A stretch of 64,000 bases of DNA from Gammaproteobacteria bacterium (GCA_963662545.2 CAXXLL010000002.1:1-64000), one strand, 5' to 3'. Shown: positions 49,705-60,909, numbered from the stretch's first letter. Made by a program: numbers and translations. Notes: generated from the letters alone by a model not told the origin.

Positions 49705-50328
49705 CTATTCTGTCATCCATACCAACGCGCCGCCCTGTACGCGCCATGCGCCGTCTGCCCGTTCGAGGTGTACCAGTCGCCCGGCGCCACACTCGGCGCC
49801 GCACTGATGTTCGATATAGACCAGGGCGTGCGACAGCGAATCGTCGAATCCGGCGCGCGACAGGCGCAGAATGCCCGGCGCGCCCGGATATCGTTTGAAA
49901 AACTGTAGCCAGCCTTGCTGCGGTTCGACGTTATTGAACAATTCGAACAAGCTACGCTCGCTCAGGAGGTGATAGGACACCTCGAGGTTTAGTGGCTGGT
50001 CAATCAGACGGGGCAGCGTGTTCCGGAGCGACCAGTTGTCGAGGGCTGCACGCGGGATATCCAGTTGGGTCACGATCGCCGCTGCCGTTTCGGCATCGAC
50101 GACGACCGCGGCCGGATCTCCGGTCGTATGGTCGGCAATGATGACGATAGGCGTATCCGAAGCTACACCGTGGTTGATCAAGGCCGCGATAACCTCCAGT
50201 TCGCGCTCTGCAAAAGCCCTGGATTCGTCGGCGCGCACCGCGGTTGAAAACGACACCAACAGCACAAGCGTAATGGGTACACAGACGAACATCGATAGCG
50301 TTTTCACGGTGATTTGATTCTCTGGCAA
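49705..50328 (-). CDS. Hypothetical secreted protein
   Basis: Signal peptide ending VRA; LSRAGFD..ALVY..CGAECGAG C-terminal motif. Confidence 0.75.
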   Translation of the reverse strand: MPENQITVKTLSMFVCVPITLVLLVSFSTAVRADESRAFAERELEVIAALINHGVASDTPIVIIADHTTGDPAAVVVDAETAAAIVTQLDIPRAALDNWSLRNTLPRLIDQPLNLEVSYHLLSERSLFELFNNVEPQQGWLQFFKRYPGAPGILRLSRAGFDDSLSHALVYIEHQCGAECGAGRLVHLERADGAWRVQGGALVWMTE

Positions 50329-50333
50329 GAGTG

Positions 50334-51746
50334 TTAAACGACTTGTTTATGCGGAGCGGATTCGACGGCGGTCAGCGCTGCGGCCAGTTCCTGAAGGTCG
50401 GGTGCGGATTCCAGACACAGCACGATATCCGCCAGGCGCTCCGCTGCCGATGGGTTCAACGCGAGACGCGTATTGTCGAAGTATTTGTCGAGAATGTCAG
50501 ATTCGCGCAGGGGATTGGCATCGGCACCCCGGTTGACGGCTTCACGATGTTCGAGTCGACGCCCGTCGTGCGTGTTCACGACGAGGCTGCCGGAATAGTA
50601 TTTCGGATAGGCTGATTCGGGATCCTCGGCATAGTCGATGCGCGCGGCAAGTGCCACGATGGCGGGATCTTCGAGCGCCTCGGGTTCGAGTTCGGCCAGG
50701 GTGAATCGTCCGCGCACGATGCTTGCTGCGATCATGTACGGCACGCTGAACTGCGCTTCGTAATGATTTGTCGGACGGCGCTTCTCGGCCAGGGGTTCGC
50801 ACACGACGGCAGCCTGGTCGGCATGAATTAAAGCCGTCGCTGACTCGATATCATTTGCCTCGATGCCGTGTTCTTTTTTGAGCGCGATGGCACAATCGGC
50901 AAACGCGTGATTGAAATGGCAGGCCGGGTAGGGTTTGAACGCGATCCCGGTGGTACGCCAGTCGCGGCCCAGGTCGTTGCCGATTTGCTCGACATCGATG
51001 CCGTGACCGGGACCGAGCAGCGTGTTGTAAAGGCCGAAACGCCCTTCAAAGGGCCTTTGTGGACCCTTGAACGCGTGGCCGGCGAGGGTCGCCGCGGTGA
51101 GCCCTGCCACCGCGGCCCAGCCGGGATGCATGCGCTTGGTCCAGGCGCCGTCGGCGAGGAATTCCATCGAACCCGAGGCCATGCTCAAGGTGATGCCGAG
51201 CGCATCGCAAAATGCCGATTGCGTGAGCGCCTTGAGCCACGCCGCCGCACCAGCACAGCCGAAAGCACCGACGATTCCGGTCGGGTGTAAGCCACGCTTC
51301 TGCAGGCTGCCGCGGGCCGGTTCGCCAATGCGAGCGTCGATTTCGACTGCAAGCACATAGGCCGCGATTGCGTCGGCGCCCGATGCCCGGACGTTCAAAC
51401 CCAGGTTGAACGCAAGCGGTATGGCGCTTGCGGAGCAATGCACGACGCTGGCGCCGTGCGTATCGTCGAAATCGAGCCCGTGAATGAGCGTGCCGTTGGC
51501 GAGCAAGGCATCGCGTAGCGAAAGCCGCGCATGCTGCCCGATGACGGGCGATTGACCGTTGCCACCCAACTCGGTTGTGGCTGCCACGATCGAATCGGCA
51601 AAATCGTAGCGGGTGGAAGCAAGACCTATCCCGAAGCTGTCGAGCATACAGAGCTTCGCGTGGTGGACGACTTCGCGCGGCAGGCGGGACGGATTCAGTT
51701 GCGCGGCAAATGCGGCGAATTTCTGTGAGATCGTGGGCCTGGACAT
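50334..51746 (-). CDS. MmgE/PrpD family protein
   Basis: HGLDFDDTH, GLHPTG, KRMHPG, FKPYPACHFNH, AQFSVPY; likely ATG 51746. Confidence 0.93.
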   Translation of the reverse strand: MSRPTISQKFAAFAAQLNPSRLPREVVHHAKLCMLDSFGIGLASTRYDFADSIVAATTELGGNGQSPVIGQHARLSLRDALLANGTLIHGLDFDDTHGASVVHCSASAIPLAFNLGLNVRASGADAIAAYVLAVEIDARIGEPARGSLQKRGLHPTGIVGAFGCAGAAAWLKALTQSAFCDALGITLSMASGSMEFLADGAWTKRMHPGWAAVAGLTAATLAGHAFKGPQRPFEGRFGLYNTLLGPGHGIDVEQIGNDLGRDWRTTGIAFKPYPACHFNHAFADCAIALKKEHGIEANDIESATALIHADQAAVVCEPLAEKRRPTNHYEAQFSVPYMIAASIVRGRFTLAELEPEALEDPAIVALAARIDYAEDPESAYPKYYSGSLVVNTHDGRRLEHREAVNRGADANPLRESDILDKYFDNTRLALNPSAAERLADIVLCLESAPDLQELAAALTAVESAPHKQVV

Positions 51747-51954
51747 CGATAAGTGACTCGTGGTCAGTTTAAGACGGCTGCAATTGCGTGCATGATCGCA
51801 GACGGCGTATCGTTCGATCAACGTGTGTCGCGCGGTGGTCTGCGGCCACGGGGGTCGCGTTAATACACGGGGCCTGCGGGCGAACGCGCTTTAACAAGCC
51901 GTTGAAGACCTGCGTATTTCGACTCCCTTTTAAGAGGAGCAATCCTGCAAGGAC

Positions 51955-52836
51955 ATGGACCGACGGTGCAACATTCCAACCAGGCGGCTCGCCTTGGTCT
52001 GGTGCGTGATCGCTGTATGGACGAGCGCCGCGCATGCTGATGCGGAAAACTGGGCCGAGATCATCATCGGGGAAACGGCTAAGGGCGCGTCGATGCCGGT
52101 CTTGTCGGCCTACGGCGCCGGACTCGACGTCGCGACCGCCTATGAAATTCAGCGCATAGTGGTCGAAGACGCGCTCGAAACCCGTCAGATCGGCGGCTAC
52201 AAGGCGGGCTTTACCAGCGCCGCCGCCCGCGCCCGGTTCCAGCTCGAAAAACCATTGGCCGGCGTGCTCTTCGCCGATGGGCGGTTCGACGACGGGGCCG
52301 AGATCCGCCGTGATGCTTTCAAGCGCTTGATGGTCGAAGTCGAGATCGGCTATGTCCTCCGTTCACCCATCACGCGGCGGATTCGATCGACGGCGGATCT
52401 GAAGACCTATGTGCTCCATGCCGTGCCGGCCGTTGAACTACCCGACCTGGATTACGACGACTTGAGCCAATTGAATGGACTGGACATCGTCGCAACGAAC
52501 ATGGCCGCCGCCGCTTACCTGGTGGGCAAGCCATTCCGCTTTACCGATCTAGAGGAAGTCAACGCGCTCGAGGTTGCGCTCTATCGCGACGGCGAGTTAG
52601 TCGACGACGGCCATGCGGCGAATGCGCTCGGTGATCAATTACGCGCCCTGCTGTGGCTGGTCAACGATCGGCAGGCACGCGGCTGGCCTCTTCGTGCCGG
52701 GCAGCTGCTCTTGACCGGTACGCTCGGCAAGATCAATCCCGGGATGACCGGGAATTACACTGTGAATTACGGGCGCGGCGAGCTGCGTTTTCGAATCGTC
52801 GAGGGCGCTCCCCGTGCCACTGCTCAAGGCAGATAA
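51955..52836 (+). CDS. 2-keto-4-pentenoate hydratase / FAH-family protein with predicted signal peptide
   Basis: AYEIQ, GYKAGFTS, EVEIG, PAVELPD, LLTGTLG; N-terminal RRLALVWCVIAVWTSAAHA. Confidence 0.82.
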   Translation: MDRRCNIPTRRLALVWCVIAVWTSAAHADAENWAEIIIGETAKGASMPVLSAYGAGLDVATAYEIQRIVVEDALETRQIGGYKAGFTSAAARARFQLEKPLAGVLFADGRFDDGAEIRRDAFKRLMVEVEIGYVLRSPITRRIRSTADLKTYVLHAVPAVELPDLDYDDLSQLNGLDIVATNMAAAAYLVGKPFRFTDLEEVNALEVALYRDGELVDDGHAANALGDQLRALLWLVNDRQARGWPLRAGQLLLTGTLGKINPGMTGNYTVNYGRGELRFRIVEGAPRATAQGR

Positions 52837-55800
52837 ACGCGATCGTAGACAGTGAGCAACAGGCTGCCGAACGCGAGGCCGACCAGCATGTAGCGAAAGT
52901 TCCAGCGCAGGAATTGGGTCGACGGGATCCCAAAACGGCCCTGCAGCGCCAGCGTCGCACCCGAGAACGGGGACGCGCCGAGCGCGACCGACCAGGCCAT
53001 GAGCGCCATCATAGCGATCAGATCCGGATGCGAGACCACGGGCGGAAACAGGCTAGCTAGTGTGCATCCCTAAACGCGATGCGGTTGAAATAAAAAGGAA
53101 AATTTGTCGCTTAAGGGATCGAAACCTCCGGTGGGTCGTGATCTAATGGAACTTCAAACCTCTGATTTTCCACACAATCATCGACACCACAGGAGGGGGA
53201 ATGCGTCAGAAACGCACGGCCCAAGCGAGTATATACGAGCTGTTTGCTGACCATGACCTGGGGCGAGAGCTGCAGGGCATGTCCGAGTGGCTCGATGCTC
53301 ACCCCAAGGTCCTCACGCCGGTCATGAACGATCTGTGTCGGCGGGGTTTGAAGCCCACCGGTCGACGCGGACTGTCGGCGGAGTCGGTGCTGCGCTGCGC
53401 GGTGCTCAAGCAGCACCGGCAATTGAGTTACGAGGAGCTGGCCTTTCACCTGCAGGACTCGGCGAGCTTTCAGGCCTTCGCCCGGTTGCCGGGTAATGAA
53501 CGTCCGAAGAAGTCTGCCTTACAGCGGGTGGTCTCGGCGATCCAGGTATCGACGTGGGAGTCTATTCATCGCGCCCTGCTGGCGACGGCGAAAGAGACGC
53601 GCATTGAGCCGGCACAGCGTGTACGGATTGATAGCACGGTAACGGACAGTGCCATCCACGCGCCGAGCGACAGTCATCTGCTGTGGGATGGCGTGCGTGT
53701 TGTGGTTCGTCTGCTCGCACAGGCGCGCGAGTTGCCTGGCGCGCCGGAGTTGTGCTTCGTGAACCACACTCGATTGGCGAAGAAGCGTGCGCGGGCGCTG
53801 TGGTATGCGCGTGGTGCGAAGCAACGCCAACGTCTGTATCGCGATTTGATTGGGGCGACGCGTTCAACCTTGGAAGCGGTAGCGAGGGTACGTGAGCAGC
53901 TGCTGAGCCCGGGCGTCACCGGCGTTGAACTGCCGGACTGGCTAGCGCAGGTAGCGCACTACGAAACACTTGTTCTGCAGGTGATTTCGCAAACTGAGCG
54001 GCGGGTGTTCGGCGGTGAGAAGGTCCCCGCGAGCGAGAAGTGCGTGAGCTTGTTCGAGCCGCATACCGACATCATCATAAAGGGTGCGCGCGACGTTCAG
54101 TACGGACACAAAATCAATCTGGCTTCGGGGCGCAGTGGCCTCATCCTCGACGTGGTCATCGAGCGAGGCAATCCGGTCGATAGTCAGCGCTTCATGCCGA
54201 TGCTCGAACGGCATCGAACACACTACGGGACGATGCCACGACAGGTCGCCGCCGATGGCGGCTATGCGAGCCTCGACAATCTCCGGGCGGCGAAAGCAGA
54301 AGGCATCGAAGACGTTGCCTTCCACAAGAAGCGCGGGCTCGCGATCGCCGACATGGTCAAGAGTCAGTGGGTCTATCGACGCTTGCGCAACTTCCGCGCC
54401 GGCATCGAGGCCGGTATCTCCTGCCTGAAGCGTGCATACGGATTGGCACGTTGCACCTGGAAGAGCCTGCCGCACTTCGAAGCCTACGTGTGGTCTTCTG
54501 TGGTCGCCTACAACCTCAGCCTGCTCGCGCGCTATCAACTCGAATAGCGACGTTCACTCGCACTAACTGACCTCCTCGATATCGTCGAACGGGCGACTTT
54601 GGGTTGCAGCGCTCTGCGGCCGGCGAACGTACTCACAATTACGCTCGAAGAGCCCTTCGACCCCCACCGAACCGCCGCTACCGCTCCAACAACCTACTTT
54701 CAACACCTCGATTTCTCCGTGCCCATCGAAGAAAATGCCTGTTTATGGACGGACACTAGCTAAGCTTGCAATGCTGACCACCGGATGCACACCGACCAGG
54801 GACAGGCCGGCCAGTACGCACATCAGACCGATGGCTTCAGCCGCGTTTGAGGGGTCGACGACGAAGGCGAAATCCATCACGCGCACGGTGGCCGCGATCC
54901 CGGCCGACAACATCGCAGCGCCTAGAAATAGCGCGAATTCAGCGCCCATGCCGGACAGTTCGAAGGTCAGATGATGGCGCAGGAGATCCCGTGTCTGGCC
55001 GGGAGGTTCGCGCACACGCATCAGAAAAAAGCAGCCCGCGGCAGCGATCACGATGATCGTGAGAATGGACAACGAGGCCGGGATTGCGTGCAGCGCGAAT
55101 ACCAGCACAGCCAGCAACAGGGGCACGGTCAGCGCTTCGGCGTGGATCGGAAAGCCGACGAATTCATCGATCCCGGCGTCGGCTTTGAGGTCCCAGGCGC
55201 TGTAGGCGATCAGAAAGGCGGCGAGTAAGAAGTTATGGCTGGCGACCGCGAAGACGTCCACATTCGGTACGTACAGCACCACCACGCCCATCGACGCAAA
55301 AAATGGCGACCAACAGGCGCCGGCGACGAACGCACGGCTGACGACTTTGGCCTGTAAGGGCGTCAGAGAGCCGTCGCGCGAGATGCGTTGGCCGACGATG
55401 TAAGTCGCAGAGATATTGATAACAGCGCCGAGCAGATGCGTGGCCAGCAGCGTTTGCCCGATAGCGCCTGTACCGCGAGGCAACGATTCCCCAACGTGTG
55501 CGCCGGTGCGGGTAACGAGGCGCAGAAACGTAACCATCGCGAGCATTGCCAGGATCGCCTGGTTGCCTTCGATCAATTGCGGCCACCAGCCGAAATCCCC
55601 CGAGGTACTGGCCAAGAGGATTCCGGCGAGACCGGCCAGACACATGATCGCGACCTGGATCCGCTGGAAGTTGACCACGCCCGCGAACAAAAGGGCGCCG
55701 ACTGCCCAAGCCAGAAGACCAGCCGGCCAGGCGGGAAAGGCATCGCCTGCGATGCCGTGTATGACAGACAGCGCGATCATCAGGCAGATGAGCGCACCTG

Positions 55801-55876
55801 CGAGGCGCGCCCGCGGGCGCGCCGTTAACGGTGTGCTCACCGAACCGAACGATCTTGGCTGATGCGCGCCGTCCAT
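52824..55876 (-). pseudogene. Polytopic membrane protein (possible transporter) split by IS copy B
   Basis: Removing the IS and one TAGCTA restores ...GVHPVVSIASLASLFPPVVSHPDLIAMM... in frame. Confidence 0.85.
53060..54756 (+). mobile_element. ISNCY/IS5-like element, copy B (1697 bp)
   Basis: Transposase 53201-54547 identical in translation to copy A; TAGCTA duplication. Confidence 0.94.
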
Positions 55877-55892
55877 GGAGCACTGCTGATGT

Positions 55893-56756
55893 TCAATGCA
55901 GCTTCATGTCGCGTCCAATGGTGGCCGCGATTTCTTCGATGGAGACGGTCGTGGTGTCGATGTACTGAATATTCTGGGCTTCGAAAAGGGCTTCGGCCCT
56001 GGCGACCTCCGAGCGGCATTGCGCGAGCATCGCGTAATTCCCGTGCGGCCGGCGTTCACGCCGAATACGGCTCAACTGTTCCGGAACAATGGTCAATCCG
56101 TAGAGCTTGTCGCGGCAGGGCTGCAGGGTTTTCGGCAGCGAATCGTCCTTCAACTCGTCGTCCGTGAGCGGATAGTTGGCGGCCTTCAGTGAATAATGCA
56201 TGGCGAGATATAAACAGGTGGGTGTCTTACCCGAGCGAGACACGCCGACCACTATGATGTCCGCGTCATGCAGATCCCGCGGGCTCAATCCGTCGTCATG
56301 ATTCAAGGTGAAGTTCAGGGCCTTGACGCGGCGTTCATAAGTACGGGAGTCGCCAATGCCGTGCATGCGGCCGGCCGTATGGGATGACTGCCGGCCGAGG
56401 ATTTCCTCAAGCGGTTCGATGAAAGTGCCGAATAAATCGAATACGCATTCACTGCTTTCGGCTATGATTTTCTGAATGGTCGGATCGGTAAGCGTACTGA
56501 AGACCAGCGGGGGCGTTTCGTCCTCGGCCGCTGCACTGTGGATCGTCGCCGCTGCGTTTCGGGCGACCAGTTCATTGGTGATGAACGGGATATTTGTGCG
56601 CATGAATTCGAAATCCGGAAACTGCGTAAGCAGGCTTTCGCCAAGCATTTCCGCAGTGATTCCCGTGCGATCTGATACGAAGAAAACGCGGCGTTTCATC
56701 AGTTCCGGGGACATGCGTGACTCGGGTACAATTGCCAACTTGTTGCTGGTGGTCAA
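55893..56756 (-). CDS. ppsR: PEP synthase regulatory kinase/pyrophosphorylase (true start may be downstream)
   Basis: FFVSDRTGITAE, HDDG, GVSRSGKTPTCLYLA, AANYPL, SIEEIA; divergent from ppsA. Confidence 0.95.
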   Translation of the reverse strand: MTTSNKLAIVPESRMSPELMKRRVFFVSDRTGITAEMLGESLLTQFPDFEFMRTNIPFITNELVARNAAATIHSAAAEDETPPLVFSTLTDPTIQKIIAESSECVFDLFGTFIEPLEEILGRQSSHTAGRMHGIGDSRTYERRVKALNFTLNHDDGLSPRDLHDADIIVVGVSRSGKTPTCLYLAMHYSLKAANYPLTDDELKDDSLPKTLQPCRDKLYGLTIVPEQLSRIRRERRPHGNYAMLAQCRSEVARAEALFEAQNIQYIDTTTVSIEEIAATIGRDMKLH

Positions 56757-56796
56757 ACCAGCCGACCTTATGTCACAACACCGTGTGCCAAGTTAA

Positions 56797-56958
56797 GGAA
56801 CCTCTGAATAAGTCATGGCACATCTGCCTTGCGCCTGAAATCGCGGAGCCTTACGTTACGAATCTTAGCCCTAGTTCCCGCTATGGCCGGCGCTTCGTGC
56901 CTTGATCTGCACCATTGCGTGAACCATTCAGACGCACCAGGACTTATTCGAAAGTTCC
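56797..56958. mobile_element. 162-bp MITE-like element
   Basis: Terminal IRs GGAACCTCTGAATAAGTC / GACTTATTCGAAAGTTCC flanked by TTAA and ATAA; no coding capacity. Confidence 0.7.
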
Positions 56959-56980
56959 ATAAGGTCGAACGAATACCGTA

Positions 56981-59347
56981 ATGAGCGATTATATCGTGTC
57001 TCTGGAAGACGTGGGCATGGCCGACGTCGAAAAAGTCGGCGGTAAAAATGCGTCCCTCGGTGAAATGATTAAGAACCTCACCGACGCCGGCGTGCGCGTG
57101 CCCCCAGGATTTGCAACGACCGCACAAGCTTTTCGCGACTTTTTAAATCACAAGGGCCTGGACCAGCGCATTAAAGAGCGCCTCGCTAGTTTCGAAATGA
57201 ACGACATTGCCGAACTTTCGAAAGCAGGTAGGGAGATTCGCGAATGGGTATCCGATACACCGTTCTCCACGCGGCTGCAATCGGAGATTGAACAAGCCTA
57301 CGACACGCTCGTCAATGGTGTGGGCGGAGAATTATCCGTCGCGGTTCGCTCGTCGGCAACCGCCGAAGACCTACCTCAGGCGTCTTTCGCCGGGCAGCAG
57401 GAAACTTTTCTAAACGTCTCTGGAATCGAGCAGGTGACGCTGCGTATCAAGGACGTCTTTGCGTCGTTGTTTAACGACCGTGCCATCTCCTATCGCGTAC
57501 ACCACGGATTCGATCATCACAAGGTGGCGTTGTCCGCGGGCGTGCAGCAGATGGTTCGCAGCGATCTCGGCGCCAGCGGCGTTATGTTCACGCTCGATAC
57601 CGAGACCGGCTTCCGCGATGTCGTATTTATTACGGCGAGTTATGGTCTCGGCGAAACGATCGTGCAGGGAGCCGTCAACCCCGACGAGTTTTACGTCTAC
57701 AAACCGGCCTTGCTGCAAGGGCGTAAGGGGATTCTGAGACGCAATCTCGGTAGCAAACACCTGCAGATGGTCTATGCCGAGCGGGCGGGAAAGGACGGTC
57801 AGAGTGTGCTGACGCGCGCGGTCGACGAGGCTCACAGCCGGCGCTTTTGTCTGCGCGACGACGACGTCGAGAGACTTGCGAGGTTGGCTATCGAGATCGA
57901 GTTGCACTACGGGGGACCGATGGATATCGAGTGGGCCAAGGACGGTAATGACGGTGAATTCTATATCGTCCAGGCGCGGCCAGAGACGGTGCAGAGCCGC
58001 GGCGGCCAAACTATCGAGCGCTTTGAGCTGAAGGCGACCAGCACAGTCCTGGCTGAGGGTCGCAGTATTGGCCAGAAGATCGGCGTCGGTACCGCCAAGA
58101 TGATCGCCAGCGTCGAACAGATGGACACGCTTCGCGACGGCGAGGTGCTGGTGACAGATATGACCGATCCCGATTGGGAGCCCATCATGCAGCGGGCATC
58201 AGCCATCGTCACCAACCGCGGCGGGCGCACCTGCCACGCCGCCATCATCGCGCGTGAACTCGGCGTGCCAGCCATCGTTGGCTGCGGAAACGCAACCGAA
58301 AGCATTAGTGATGGGCAGGAAGTAACGGTGTCGTGCTCGAGTGGTGATACGGGTTACGTCTACGAGGGCGCGCTTGAATTCGAGCGCCAGGAAGTCGAAC
58401 TCGACGCCATGCCGGAAGTCGGTGTCAAGATCATGATGAACGTCGGCAATCCCGATCGCGCGTTCGCGTTTGCATCCCTGCCGCACAGGGGCGTGGGACT
58501 TGCGCGGCTCGAGTTCATCATCAATCGTATGATCGGGATCCATCCCCGCGCCCTGCTGGAATTCAACAGCCTGCCCGACGATCTGCGAGCAACCATTGCC
58601 CCGCTCATTTCCGCTTACGATAGTCCGCGCGATTTCTTCGTCAAGCGGCTGGTCGAAGGTGTGGCCACGATCGCGGCTGCATTTGCGCCTGAACCCGTGA
58701 TCGTGCGCCTGTCCGATTTCAAATCAAACGAATACGCAAATCTCGTCGGCGGTCGGCGTTACGAACCGGACGAAGAAAATCCCATGCTGGGATTGCGCGG
58801 CGCGTCACGCTACGTCTCGGATTCCTTTAGGGCCTGTTTCGAAATGGAATGCGAAGCGCTGCGCTTTGTACGTAACGAGATAGGTTTGACCAACGTGCAA
58901 TTGATGGTGCCCTTTGTCCGAACTACGCAAGAAGCGGCGGCAGTCGTCGAACTACTCGCGGCAAATGGCCTTGGGCGCGGCGAGAACGGTTTGACTGTCG
59001 TGATGATGTGCGAGTTACCATCAAACGCGGTCCTGGCCCGGGAATTCTTAAAGTACTTCGACGGATTTTCAATCGGATCCAACGATCTCACGCAGTTGAC
59101 GCTTGGCCTTGACCGCGATTCGGGCCTGGTGGCCGATCGATTCGATGAGCGTGACGCCGCCGTCAAGGCGTTGATGCACGCGGCGATTGTGGCCTGCCGG
59201 GATGCGGGGAAATATGTCGGGATCTGCGGACAGGGACCCAGTGATCACGAAGACCTTGCCGAATGGCTGCTGGACGAGGGCATTGATAGCATTTCTCTCA
59301 ATCCCGACACGGTCGTGCAGACCTGGTTGAAACTCGCCAATCGTTGA
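56981..59347 (+). CDS. ppsA: Phosphoenolpyruvate synthase
   Basis: [48 protein letters not shown]. Confidence 0.98.
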   Translation: MSDYIVSLEDVGMADVEKVGGKNASLGEMIKNLTDAGVRVPPGFATTAQAFRDFLNHKGLDQRIKERLASFEMNDIAELSKAGREIREWVSDTPFSTRLQSEIEQAYDTLVNGVGGELSVAVRSSATAEDLPQASFAGQQETFLNVSGIEQVTLRIKDVFASLFNDRAISYRVHHGFDHHKVALSAGVQQMVRSDLGASGVMFTLDTETGFRDVVFITASYGLGETIVQGAVNPDEFYVYKPALLQGRKGILRRNLGSKHLQMVYAERAGKDGQSVLTRAVDEAHSRRFCLRDDDVERLARLAIEIELHYGGPMDIEWAKDGNDGEFYIVQARPETVQSRGGQTIERFELKATSTVLAEGRSIGQKIGVGTAKMIASVEQMDTLRDGEVLVTDMTDPDWEPIMQRASAIVTNRGGRTCHAAIIARELGVPAIVGCGNATESISDGQEVTVSCSSGDTGYVYEGALEFERQEVELDAMPEVGVKIMMNVGNPDRAFAFASLPHRGVGLARLEFIINRMIGIHPRALLEFNSLPDDLRATIAPLISAYDSPRDFFVKRLVEGVATIAAAFAPEPVIVRLSDFKSNEYANLVGGRRYEPDEENPMLGLRGASRYVSDSFRACFEMECEALRFVRNEIGLTNVQLMVPFVRTTQEAAAVVELLAANGLGRGENGLTVVMMCELPSNAVLAREFLKYFDGFSIGSNDLTQLTLGLDRDSGLVADRFDERDAAVKALMHAAIVACRDAGKYVGICGQGPSDHEDLAEWLLDEGIDSISLNPDTVVQTWLKLANR

Positions 59348-59387
59348 AACCGGCGCTGGAGAAGGGATCAGTTCGCGCTTAAATCGA

Positions 59388-60101
59388 TCAAATAAAATCC
59401 TCTAGCATCTGTCTCTCGTCTTCGGAAATTTCAGTGTTTTGCAAGCGATTCCGAATCATCAAGTCGTCGATCTTGCCCGCATCAATAAGATAGCGTTTTT
59501 CGTCTGGCAGCAGGTTATCCAAGAAAAACAGGTTGCCGGGCGGTACGACTTCCTCATCGACGATCATGTGGATTTCGTCAATCATCATGCGCAGATCGCC
59601 GATGGGACTCTCCACGCGAGCCGTTGCGAACGCTTCCGTGGCGATTCCACCTGCGTAAACCGAGTGGACCTCCATTTTGTAACTGATCAGCAGTGACGGG
59701 TCTGCATCATCGCTCAGCGCTTTTTCGATGTTTTCGAGCCGTGGCACCATCAATTCACGCAGCGTCGCGAGAATATCCGGGTCTTCGAGATACTCGGAGT
59801 AGATGTCGACGACGTTGTCGATGTCGAGCTGCTTGTAGGCGTCAGTGGAGAACAGTTCATTGCGCCTGTACGACAGGAGTTTGTATGACGTAAAGCCGAT
59901 CACCGACAAGATGTCCGTCAGTTCGCGAATGTTTTTGTTGAATCCGAGGGCGCATACGAGCTGTGAGTGGTTGAGATCGAGCTGCGCGGCAGCGTGATTG
60001 ATCTTCTTGATGAAATCGCTGTCGCTGCTCGGTTTCAGCCGATAAAAATGCTTGACAAGATCTGCGTCGGAAGCCGTGAGAATATCGCGAAATGAAGGCA
60101 T
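59388..60101 (-). CDS. Hypothetical protein, paralogue 2
   Basis: 237-aa ORF colinear with the adjacent 243-aa ORF (QLVCALGFN). Confidence 0.85.
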   Translation of the reverse strand: MPSFRDILTASDADLVKHFYRLKPSSDSDFIKKINHAAAQLDLNHSQLVCALGFNKNIRELTDILSVIGFTSYKLLSYRRNELFSTDAYKQLDIDNVVDIYSEYLEDPDILATLRELMVPRLENIEKALSDDADPSLLISYKMEVHSVYAGGIATEAFATARVESPIGDLRMMIDEIHMIVDEEVVPPGNLFFLDNLLPDEKRYLIDAGKIDDLMIRNRLQNTEISEDERQMLEDFI

Positions 60102-60131
60102 TGTTAACTCTGTGTTGTTGGTTTTTATCGG

Positions 60132-60863
60132 CTACGTATCGAGCAGCTTTATTTGATCTTCCAGCACGGCGCGTTCCTGCTCGGAGACGGTAGGGTCGTC
60201 GAGCCTGGACAGCACCAGTTCGCGCGGGATCAGTCCGCGTATCATGAGCCTTCGCTTTTCCTCCGGCAAGATAGAGTCTCGGAAGAAAATGTCACCCACC
60301 GGAATCATCCGGCTCTCGACGATCAAGGCAACTTCGTTGAGGAGCGCGCGAAAGCCGCTGTGGGTCTTGCTCAGTCGCTCTTCGGCGAAATCGATCTGCG
60401 CAACGCCATCATTATAAATCGCACGCATTTCCTTTTTGTAGCGGTCAATCACCATGGAATTGACCGTCGCCTCTATTCGTTTCTCTAGCCGATCGAGTCG
60501 CCGGGTCAGCAGGTGCTGGATGATTTCCAGCAGCGGTAGGTGGTTGGCCACGTGAACGTAGATTGCGAGTACGTCCCTGATACCGAGCTGCTGATAAATA
60601 TCGGTAGTGAACGCCTGATTGCGCTCACGTGCCAGCGCTTCGTAGGAATCAAAGCCTATAACAGCAAGCACGTCGGACAATCCCTGAATTTGTGCATTGA
60701 AACCGACTGCGCAGACGAGTTGCGGATAAGTCAGACCGAGGTTTTTGGCGGTTTTCTTGGCGCGGCTGGAGTCAGCGCTTTCGTCCTGAGTGGACGATGA
60801 CTTGTACAGCGTTTTCAGTAGATCCTCACTGCTCGCGGTTAGGATCTCCTCGAATCGGCTCAT
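60132..60863 (-). CDS. Hypothetical protein, paralogue 1
   Basis: 243-aa ORF, GGAG upstream, QLVCAVGFN. Confidence 0.85.
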   Translation of the reverse strand: MSRFEEILTASSEDLLKTLYKSSSTQDESADSSRAKKTAKNLGLTYPQLVCAVGFNAQIQGLSDVLAVIGFDSYEALARERNQAFTTDIYQQLGIRDVLAIYVHVANHLPLLEIIQHLLTRRLDRLEKRIEATVNSMVIDRYKKEMRAIYNDGVAQIDFAEERLSKTHSGFRALLNEVALIVESRMIPVGDIFFRDSILPEEKRRLMIRGLIPRELVLSRLDDPTVSEQERAVLEDQIKLLDT

Positions 60864-60909
60864 CTCCGTCGCACAAACTCATTGGGGGTGCGGGGATGAT
60901 AGCACCCTA

